NCBI GenBank assembly: GCA_030605345.1
Contig: JAUWIN010000001.1
Span: forward strand, 5,253 to 69,252
DNA: 64,000 bases
DNA from: Candidatus Brocadiia bacterium
GTDB lineage: Bacteria; Planctomycetota; PUPC01
Reading direction: 5' to 3'
In this document: piece by piece, positions 47,663 through 55,800 of the stretch
Layout: each line of letters starts with the position of its first letter
Numbering within the stretch: the first letter of the stretch is position 1
Program-made: the position numbers and the translations under genes
The notes under the pieces: generated by a model
Seen by the model: only the letters and a program-made list of their open reading frames with translations
Database searches by the model: none
Told to the model about the DNA's origin: nothing

Positions 47663-48541
47663 CTAATTTTCAGTTTGACGTTCTGCGCCCCCAGCCCCGG
47701 ACTCCAGCGAAGTCCTTCGGCGGCAAGCACGTTCGAGGGCCTCCCTGAGGTCGTCCCACTGGCGGCTTTTCAGAAGGGCGCGGATGGAATCGAATTCCCC
47801 CGCAAATCGTTCCAGTGCCTCCATGACATTCTCGCGATTATCCTTGAGCACGTCGAGCCAGAGATCGACGTCGCTTGCGGCGATTCGGGTCACGTCCTTG
47901 AGGCCCGTCGCGGCGTAAGGGAGGCTGGCCTCGTCGGCCGCATTGATCGTCGTCACCGCAATAACGTGCGGGAGGTGGCTGATCTGGGCTACCGCGCGGT
48001 CGTGCTCGTCGATGTCGAGCATCTGGACCGAGGCGCCGAGCGCCTGCCACATCTTTCGGATAGTTTCCACGGCATCAGACGCCGTCTTGTCCGTCGGTGT
48101 CAGGACACAGCGCGCGCCGTCGAACAGGTCAGGCCGGGCGTTCTGGACGCCGCGTTTTTCCGACCCCGCCATCGGATGCGCCGGCACGAACGCGATGCCT
48201 TCGGGCAGGACCGCTTCGACTTTCCTGGTGATATTCGCTTTTGTGCTGGCCACGTCGGTGAGGATGCTGCCCGGCTTCATCGCACGGAGCGCCTCCGCCG
48301 CCTTCTCCGCGGTCAGGCCCACCGGCGTGCAGATGACGACGATGTCAGCCTCGGCCGCACCCTCGGCAATGTCGAGCGTCCACCGGTCGATGGCGCCGCG
48401 TTCTTCTGCTCGCTTGAGGGAGATGTCCCGATGCCCGACGCCTACAACCTGCCGCGCCAAAGCACGCCTTTTGAGCGCAAGGCCCAACGCCCCGCCAATC
48501 AGCCCGACGCCAACAATAGTAATCCGTCCAAAATCGGCCAT
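47663..48541 (-). CDS. tyrA: prephenate/arogenate dehydrogenase
   Basis: Rossmann ITIVGVGLIGGALGLAL plus AHPMAGSE (catalytic His region). Confidence 0.8.
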   Translation of the reverse strand: MADFGRITIVGVGLIGGALGLALKRRALARQVVGVGHRDISLKRAEERGAIDRWTLDIAEGAAEADIVVICTPVGLTAEKAAEALRAMKPGSILTDVASTKANITRKVEAVLPEGIAFVPAHPMAGSEKRGVQNARPDLFDGARCVLTPTDKTASDAVETIRKMWQALGASVQMLDIDEHDRAVAQISHLPHVIAVTTINAADEASLPYAATGLKDVTRIAASDVDLWLDVLKDNRENVMEALERFAGEFDSIRALLKSRQWDDLREALERACRRRTSLESGAGGAERQTEN

Positions 48542-48829
48542 CAGTCCACGCGCACTCGAAGAGACTACCCCGATGACTACCGTGCCGGGATTTTACAGTG
48601 ACCCGCGTCGCAAGTCAACGTCGCACATTTTGGAACAAGTCCGTTGAGCTGCCCACACGCTCCCCATCGGCCCACCGAGAAAGGAACCGCCCAACAGAGC
48701 AAGACGGGAATAGGCGACGGCCCCTCATATTACAGACGCATGGTGCAACAGCCAAACGATAACGGAATCGGGGTGGAAAACGCGCCGGCCGTGTGGTAGC
48801 ATATCGCCTGCCGGCCAGGGGACCTCCAG

Positions 48830-49050
48830 CAAGGCAGGAACGATACGTCGGAATAAATCAAGGACCTCGATAATCTGAAGCCGATAGACCACGCGGTGAC
48901 CGCGAAACCCCAGACCCCGGTCTACAAGATGCACCGCTACTTCGCCCGACGCCCCTGGAGCGTCTTTCGCGCCCTCATCGAGCACTACTCGAATCCCGCC
49001 AGCATCGTCCTCGACTCATTCTGCGGCGGTCATAGTCACGCGATTGTGTG
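48830..49050 (+). pseudogene. remnant of a DNA (N6-adenine/N4-cytosine) methyltransferase gene, C-terminal motif-I region only
   Basis: KPQTPVYKMHRYFARRPWSVFRALIEHYSNPASIVLDSFCGG matches the hkYPa.fP..L...lI..yt.pgdlVLDPFaGSGTT region of beta-class methylases. No DPPY domain precedes it and the frame degenerates right after FCGG. GC-rich (native), located at the edge of the low-GC block. Confidence 0.5.
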
Positions 49051-49225
49051 CGGCCCTGCGCCTCGGTGCCGGGGATCCTTCTTGCATTGCCCACAGACGG
49101 GTGATACTCTGCGGCAGCAAATGCGCGGTGGATGAGGAATAAAACTGTCGGCTCTTTTTTTCTTGCGCGGCGACTGTTTCCTGCTATCTTTTCACTTGGC
49201 CGAAGTGTTACGAGGTAGGAAGGCC

Positions 49226-50428
49226 ATGCCTTGTTGGGGAAGGTTCAGAAGCGGCCCCTGGGTTGGTGCTCTGGCGGGTCTAGTTGCTGGCTTACTGATA
49301 GTTCTGGCAATCTCTGACCGCGTGAGCTATGTGCCGTATTCCCACTCCGCGGCTTGGAAAGGCGTCAATTGGGGGAAAGTAAGGGAATTGGGTGCGAACA
49401 TAGGCGTTGTGTGTGGGGCGCTAGCAGGTGTTATAGTAGGTATTCGGGCCGCTATCGAGGAGTTTGAATCGATCTTGGCAAGGAGCCTGGCATGCCTTTT
49501 GGCCGCAGGTATGGGATTGTTTGTTGGTGCTCTGGCTGGCGCCCTGGGCGGCCTGATTGCTGCTCTCCTTATCGTAGCTTTACTCGCGGCCTTGCTCCCT
49601 GTCGTGATAGGTGTTGTTTGTGGAGGGCTCGGCGGATTTCTTCTTGGTCCCGCCGCAAACGAGCTCTTTTATTCCCGTCCTGGTGGCCATCCCAACGAGG
49701 TCCCTGCTGGCTGCACAATTGGAGCCATCGCCGGCGGAGTTGTTTCCGCGCTTGCGTGGAGCTTAGAGAAAAGGTTTCTCGGCAACACGGTTTTTATTCC
49801 CATATTCGCACTTGCCGGATACCTCACTGGACACGGAATCGGCAAACTCGTAGATGGTGTGGGTCTAGCCGAAGTTGTCGATTTGGAGCTAGACGAGGAC
49901 GAGGAGATACGTACGGACGAAACGCCCTGGGGCGAGGATCAAGCAAAAAGAGAAGAAATCGACAGGCTAGTTGCAGAAACGATGGTGGTAATCAAGACGG
50001 CCAGGGCGAGAACCTCGGACCCAACTATTACAGCCGCGCTTATGCTACTGGAAGAAGACCTGCTGAATGTAGCAGACGAGTTCAAAAGTGGGGTAATATC
50101 ATACTCCGATGCAAGGGCAAGGGTCGTACAGATTAAGCAAGACGCGGAAGCCCTGGGATCCACTACGGGCGGTGGAAGGACAACGAAGGAGCGGGTGGAG
50201 AAGGAAACTTACTACGCTATCCTGGGCATCAAGCCCGATGCGAGTCAAGACGAAATCAAGAAAGCTTACCGCGCGAAAATGTCGGAGCATCACCCTGACC
50301 ACTACAGGAATAAGCCAAAATCGAAGCAAGAAGAAGCGGAAGCGATGAGTAAGAAGGTGAACGAAGCTCATGAAGTCCTAATGGACCCAAATAAGCGTAG
50401 GGAGTATGACCGAGACATTGGGGCATAA
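49226..50428 (+). CDS. multi-pass membrane protein with glycine-zipper-like helices and a C-terminal DnaJ (J) domain
   Basis: Repeated GxxxG-rich hydrophobic segments (GMGLFVGALAGALGGLIAAL, VVCGGLGGFLLGP). C-terminal J-domain YYAILGIKPDASQDEIKKAYRAKMSEHHPDH...EAHEVLMDPNKRREYD with the HPD motif. RBS GAGGTAGGAAGG before the ATG at 49226. Confidence 0.6.
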   Translation: MPCWGRFRSGPWVGALAGLVAGLLIVLAISDRVSYVPYSHSAAWKGVNWGKVRELGANIGVVCGALAGVIVGIRAAIEEFESILARSLACLLAAGMGLFVGALAGALGGLIAALLIVALLAALLPVVIGVVCGGLGGFLLGPAANELFYSRPGGHPNEVPAGCTIGAIAGGVVSALAWSLEKRFLGNTVFIPIFALAGYLTGHGIGKLVDGVGLAEVVDLELDEDEEIRTDETPWGEDQAKREEIDRLVAETMVVIKTARARTSDPTITAALMLLEEDLLNVADEFKSGVISYSDARARVVQIKQDAEALGSTTGGGRTTKERVEKETYYAILGIKPDASQDEIKKAYRAKMSEHHPDHYRNKPKSKQEEAEAMSKKVNEAHEVLMDPNKRREYDRDIGA

Positions 50429-50463
50429 CCCGACAGAACGAATAGCGAAATGGACGGCAAAGA

Positions 50464-51261
50464 ATGAGCAACATGCCAGAGCTAAGCAAAAAACAAATGG
50501 AAGTTCTGGGAAAAGTGACTCGCAGGAGTGCCGATATTCGTGCATCCAGCGCCGCCAGACGCACAAGAATCCTTGACATAGCACTCCTTTTTGACACTAC
50601 CGGTAGCATGTATCCGTATCTCGAGAACGTTCGGCAAAATCTGAGCAGACTCGTATCGGAAATTGGCTCAGCTCTGCCCGACGTATGCTATGCAGTAATT
50701 GCGCATGGCGATCACCCTGACGCCGACACGACCTATGTCACCAAGACGTGTCAACTGACCCGCGACGCAGAGAGGGTGACTAATTTCATAATAAACGTGG
50801 AACCAACAGGCGGAGGAGGTCCGGAGGCGCTCGAGGACGCTTTACACGAAGCCAATGCGTTGAAGTGGAGGGAACGCTCCAATAAGGCGGTCGTCCTGGT
50901 CGGTGACGCCCCACCACACGGGGTTGTCGATAGCTTTAGTGAGTGCCCCTGCGGATTTGACTACAGGAAGGAAACAAAAGGCCTATGTAGAAAGGGCATC
51001 AAGATTTATTCGGTCCTATGCAACCCGAACAATGTTGACAGAACCGAGGAGGTCTTTAGATGGTTTGCGAAGCAAACCAAAGGAAGATTCCTGACGCTGG
51101 AGAACATCGATGACCTCACCGACCTCCTTATCGGTGTCTGCATGAAAGAAGCGGGGTTGCTAACATCGTTCGAACACAAATTGCTGCAGGCTAACAAGAT
51201 GACACCTTCGAAGAGGAGGTTGATGCTTCAGCTCAAGGAGAGCGGTCATGATAGTTCCTGA
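50464..51261 (+). CDS. von Willebrand factor type A (vWA) domain protein with MIDAS motif, cytoplasmic
   Basis: LLFDTTGSM (DxTxS MIDAS), downstream T and D ligands, VVLVGDAPPHG, then a Cys cluster CPCGFDYRKETKGLC. No signal peptide. Low GC. Confidence 0.7.
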   Translation: MSNMPELSKKQMEVLGKVTRRSADIRASSAARRTRILDIALLFDTTGSMYPYLENVRQNLSRLVSEIGSALPDVCYAVIAHGDHPDADTTYVTKTCQLTRDAERVTNFIINVEPTGGGGPEALEDALHEANALKWRERSNKAVVLVGDAPPHGVVDSFSECPCGFDYRKETKGLCRKGIKIYSVLCNPNNVDRTEEVFRWFAKQTKGRFLTLENIDDLTDLLIGVCMKEAGLLTSFEHKLLQANKMTPSKRRLMLQLKESGHDSS

Positions 51262-51463
51262 CCCTTTCAAGCTCGCGAAGATCATCTTAGTAATCCAAAT
51301 AAGATCAATTGTAGCTATTCTGAAAATCATGGGGTACATTTTCTATTTCGGCATTGAAGTGGCGTGGTACGTAGCGCATGGTCGAAGGGACAGGATAGGC
51401 GAAGCAATCGGAAGGTTCGGCCAAAGCACAGTCGATGCGTTTGGAGACATCTTTAGGTTATGA
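51248..51463 (+). CDS. small hydrophobic protein (71 aa), hypothetical
   Basis: ORF overlapping the vWA stop; two predicted TM segments (IILVIQIRSIVAILKIMGYIFYFGIEVAWYV). Could be spurious. Confidence 0.25.
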   Translation: MIVPDPFKLAKIILVIQIRSIVAILKIMGYIFYFGIEVAWYVAHGRRDRIGEAIGRFGQSTVDAFGDIFRL

Positions 51464-51999
51464 GAAGAACCCGTGGAAAGACCATGGGCGCGAAAAGAGT
51501 TACTATCAGATTCAAGTGCGTCTGCCGCCAATCCGTGCGCGTATCTGGCGAACACGCTGGGAAGAAGGGAAGGTGTCCGGCATGTGGTGCAATACTGCGG
51601 ATTCCCAGGGACAGCGGGGCGCCAGCCCATGTAGAGATCTCGGTTATTTGGGCTCTTCGCCTGAAACTTCTGATGAACCGCCTCTGCGAGTGCTTGCTCT
51701 GCTCGTATTTTCCCTTGCGGAAATGGGGGGAGATACTCTCCATAGACTGGCGTGCCTTGCTAGTAGTCCTGCCACTAACTGCGGGCTTGTTAGTCAGCCT
51801 CATCCTCTGGCTTTACGCGGCGGGACCTGAAGCGCTACACCTTGCGATTGTTTTCTCCGTTCTCACGGGGACATATGGGTGGCTCACAGCCTTTGCATTT
51901 TTTTTCGGGCGCTCGACCCGCGACCTACAATTCTCCTTGGATACCCTACGCCATCGTCGACGAACCTTGCGCCAGGATCTCGAGAAGCTTGGTCCCTGA
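51460..51999 (+). CDS. zinc-ribbon (CxxC...CxxC) membrane protein, hypothetical
   Basis: N-terminal KCVCRQSV...CPACGA zinc ribbon followed by three hydrophobic helices. Low-GC island cargo. Confidence 0.4.
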   Translation: MRRTRGKTMGAKRVTIRFKCVCRQSVRVSGEHAGKKGRCPACGAILRIPRDSGAPAHVEISVIWALRLKLLMNRLCECLLCSYFPLRKWGEILSIDWRALLVVLPLTAGLLVSLILWLYAAGPEALHLAIVFSVLTGTYGWLTAFAFFFGRSTRDLQFSLDTLRHRRRTLRQDLEKLGP

Positions 52000-52011
52000 C
52001 AGAGTGAAGAG

Positions 52012-52134
52012 TTACTTCAGTTTCTCTCGGCAGATGTTGCACTTGCCGTCCTTGCCGCAGCGGCTACAGTACTTCCTTCCACATATCTTGCACGTCGACA
52101 ATGCAGCTGTTTTACCGCAAACATCACACGGCAT
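52012..52134 (-). CDS. 40-aa zinc-ribbon mini-protein (4 x CxxC), not in the ORF track
   Basis: Reverse strand GGAGGTGAGGAAG-ATG..., translation MPCDVCGKTAALSTCKICGRKYCSRCGKDGKCNICREKLK*. It has a strong SD and 8 Cys arranged as four CxxC pairs. Confidence 0.45.
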   Translation of the reverse strand: MPCDVCGKTAALSTCKICGRKYCSRCGKDGKCNICREKLK

Positions 52135-52434
52135 CTTCCTCACCTCCTTACAGGGCCGAATATCCCCACTCAACCGTTTGCGTACGACCAACCATGACGT
52201 TGAAAAAGTATACGTTGGTCGAACGCTGTTGTCAAACGGTTTCTATCACCCCAATATAGCGATTGGTATTTTGTAGGATGTAAAACAATAGCCTCGTTGG
52301 TGGTGTCGCCCTATGACATGACAAACTAAAATCATGTGACACCCCATGTTACGCTGCGCGTTCAAGGGAAGAAAATTAAACTTCCTGAAGCAGAAGGCCC
52401 CGCAGCATAACCTGTTGCGGGGCCTTATCTTACG

Positions 52435-52496
52435 TGGTGCCGAGGGCGGGATTTGAACCCGCATGCCCCATAAGGAGCACTAGGCCCTCAACCTAG
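52435..52496 (-). tRNA. tRNA-Leu (anticodon GAG) 3' fragment, 5'-truncated (pseudo-tRNA / att-site remnant)
   Basis: Reverse complement ...CTAGGTTGAGGGCCTAGTGCTCCTTATGGGGCATGCGGGTTCAAATCCCGCCCTCGGCACCA gives an anticodon arm (loop TTGAGGG), a long variable arm, a T-arm and the acceptor 3' strand + CCA. The complementary 5' acceptor strand (GCCGAGG) is absent. A hairpin plus U-rich tract follows the 3' end. Confidence 0.55.
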
Positions 52497-52661
52497 CATG
52501 TCTGCCAGTTCCATTAAGAAACTCCCGTATCGGGGGAATGCTTTCTCTAACCTATCTATTGCTCCTGTAAGAGAATCCAATATGAACTCATCAGACCTCA
52601 TTTGCTTCCTGCGAATGTTTTCTACATACTCTTTTTGCTCTGACATTTGGCAGACCTCATA
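52488..52661 (-). pseudogene. truncated low-GC ORF (57 codons) reading into the tRNA-Leu fragment
   Basis: MSEQKEYVENIRRKQMRSDEFILDSLTGAIDRLEKAFPRYGSFLMELADMLG*; its last ~10 codons are encoded by tRNA-derived sequence. It looks like a gene N-terminus cut by an integration or deletion junction. Confidence 0.3.
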
Positions 52662-52852
52662 AACGCTGATAGAAGTCTCGGTAAGCGAAGTTGCATCAAT
52701 CTAATTCCAGTAAATCTGGACAGTTACCTATTTCGTGCTGAACTCATCACTTCATTGTACTTGATGCCGGTTTGGGGTCAATCCACGGCTGGCAGGACGT
52801 TGGGAAGTGGAAGGGGCATCGAAGAACAGGCGCGCGCTGCTGGCAGGTGGTC

Positions 52853-55800
52853 TCAGTGCAGGAGGTCGCGGAGGAGGCCCTTGAGCGCGTCTGCCGGCTC
52901 GTCCTTCTTTTCCTTTTTCTCGTCGCGGTCTCTGTGTTGTTTCAACCTGTCCTTCAGGATGCCTTCGATTAGACTGCGGGGGTCTCTAAGGATGTCCGTG
53001 ACCAGCGAGAGCACCCATTTGGGAAAAGTGGTCAGGTCGGCTGCGATGCGCGGCTTGTCGAAACGGCCGGACACGCCGAACGTGCAGAACGCGGGGCGTT
53101 TCTTCTCCAGCGCTTTCTCCACCACGGCGAGGGCGGCCTCCTGCTTCACCACTTCCCTCTTCACATAGTTCATCAGCAGTTCCGTCGGCGCCATGACGGC
53201 AACGTCCATCTGGATTGTGCCGTCCAGGCCGACCGAGGCTTTCTGTATCTCGAGGTCGAGGTTGTTCCTACCCTCCAGCAGCAGGTCATCAGCGTGCACC
53301 CGCCCTCTTCTCAGGTGCAGGTCCAGGTCGAGTTGGTCGTAGCGGTATTTGTTATCGGGGAGCGCGGCGGCGCCGAGGTGCCGAAGGATCGGGCCGGCTA
53401 ATCCGGCGACCAATGGAGACCGCTCGAAGTTCAATATCACGCCGTCATTGAGGGCGAACTTCATGTCCGCGGTCCAGTTGGTTGTGATGTCATCCCACGC
53501 GAATCCTTTCCCTTTCCAGGTTACGTCGCCGCCAACCCGACCCATGAAGACATCCTTGAGTGACAATTGTGCAGTTGCCACGTTGTTGAGGTCGATTTTT
53601 TGGATGACGATTTCTCCGTTGTGCGCTATCCCAGGTTGGTTCAGGTCTGCTGCCAGACTGGCGCGGACAGTTCCCTGATGGACCTCCGCCCGGAACGGCT
53701 TGGAGGTGGTGATTTTATTCCCCGCCATCCGCAGGTCAGTCGAAATATTTTTGACGATATGTTTCTCATAAGTCAGTTTTTCAACTTCAAGATGACCAGT
53801 GACCGTGTGATTTTTCAGGAACTCGAATTGTGTCCGGGCGCTCGGAGCGGTGGTAGTTTCTCGCACACCGGGGTTGGCCTTCTCCGGCAGTGCTGCGAGC
53901 AGATGGCCTGCGTTCACGTGGGGCGAGGACACCGAGAACGCCAGGTGAAGTGCGTCGGTGTGGGCGAGTATTGGGGCGTTCTTTTTGGCCGCGGTTATCC
54001 GCAGCTCCTTGAACGTCAGCGTAGTATCGCTTTTCGGCGCACGGGTGGACGCGCCCACAGTAAGTCCGGCGGCATCAATACTGTTCCGGTTCATTCGGAT
54101 CTCGCCGTTCGCCGTGAACCCCAGCCGGCCGGAAGTGGCGGCGAGTTGGTCAAGTCTGACCACGCCGCTGAATTCGGCACCACCCAGGCTGCCGGCGGTC
54201 ACTTCGTCGATGGGCACCCTGCCGGAGGCAGACAAGTGGAGTTTGCCGGAAAGTTCGAACTCTCTGAGGGCGGGCACCATGGCGGTCAGCATCGCTGGGC
54301 GTTCAATCACGGCGGTCAATTTCTGGCAGACGAACGTGCCGAAGTCGTCAGACACCTGCCCGTTGAGTCTGAGTTCCGCGCCGTCGAGCAGGACATCGAG
54401 CCGGGATACGTCCACCCCGCCATTTTCGGCCAGCGCTGCTCCGAGTTCTACCGTAGCCTTTTTGGCGCGAGGCTTGGCAAAGAACTCACCGTACTCGAGC
54501 GAGGCCGCTGTGGCGTCAGCAGAAAAGGCGATTTTTGTGGGGGATGCTTGTTCAACGTTGAGGGTGAACGGCACGGCGCCGGTGGCCTTGAGCTGCGGGG
54601 GCAGGAGCCCCTCCGGCAGCGTGGCGAGAGAATCCAGGAAGACCACGCCCTCGAACGAGGCGCTCGCGGACAGTTTCCTCGCTGCGGCCAGCGGCTCGGT
54701 CCGAAACTTATCAATGTCGAGCCCCGATACCGTGCACTGCTCTTTAAGCGTCACCCGGCCATAGGCAGTGTTCGCCTCCAGATTGTCCAGTTCCAGTTCA
54801 CCTTTTCCAGTGTCGAGCCGTCCGGCCAGTTCGAGGCGGCCCTTGGTGTCGATGCCTTCTGGGATTAGTTTCAGCGCTGCGAGCAGTGGGCCGAACTTGT
54901 TGGTCTTTGCAGCGAGCCGCACCTCCACCGCTCCCTTCAGGGCCACGTAATCATCTATCGTGCCGCTTACGGAGGCCGCGAGATCGGATGACTTGAAGTC
55001 CAGGGTTTTTATCTCCACCTGCTTCTTGGCCAGGTCTGCGCTGGCGTCGCACTGGCAGACCAACTCGCCCTTCGACAAAATATCCAAGACGGGGGCGGCT
55101 GCGCGGCCCGCCTGTGGCGGGTCGGACCGGCCGGCTATGGAGAGGTTTTTGGCGGCGAGTTTGAACTTGGTCCTGAACTTTCGAGCCGTGCCGCTGAAGG
55201 AGCCGTCGGCCACAGCCATCTGACCTTGGGGCTTGATTTCGGACAGGACATCAATGTAGGCGGACAGCCGCGACGCAAGGGCGCCCAGGTCAGCGGTGCC
55301 GCTGAAACTTAGCTCTGCCTCCGGCGCGCCAGTAAGGTCGCTGAAACTACCGATTAGTGCGACTTGGGTGTAGGGCATCTCGGCCTCGCCGGCTGTCAGC
55401 ATAACTTTGCAGTCACGGGCGTCAATTTTCGCCCCTCTCGCGTCCAGCCTGGCAGCTACGCTGAACCGAACCGGGGCCGGCTTGCCCTGCTCACGTTCGA
55501 GTTTTGCCGCGGCCGCCACTTTGGCGTGTCCCTCTTCACCCTTTCCCGAGAACTTCAACTCGAGTTTGTCGTGGAGCGGCGGCAACCCGAGGGCCTTGCC
55601 GAACTTGCTTGTGAAGGTGCGGCCGCTGAACCGCACGTAGCCCGAGAGGTCGGTGCCGAGGCTGTTTAGGTCAGACAGCGACCACACCCGCCCCTTCACT
55701 ATCCGGGCGTCGAGGAAACTGGACTTCGCCTCCAGCGAACCAATCGCCAGCTCCTTTAGTTTTCCTTCGGGCGTGAACTGAAGCCCGGCTTCCGCGCTCA

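Larger units (their letters stand above)
49140..52700. mobile_element. decayed low-GC genomic island remnant (no integrase retained) adjoining a tRNA-Leu 3' fragment
   Basis: GC drops from ~65% to ~40-50% across this block. It is bounded by a methylase gene remnant on the left and a 5'-truncated tRNA-Leu(GAG) fragment plus a truncated low-GC ORF on the right. Confidence 0.4.

Noticed and set aside
52435-52520. Complete tRNA-Leu gene
   Set aside because: No sequence able to pair with the acceptor 3' strand CCTCGGC exists in the expected 5' position and the D-arm region is degenerate, so only the 3' ~62 nt are tRNA-like.
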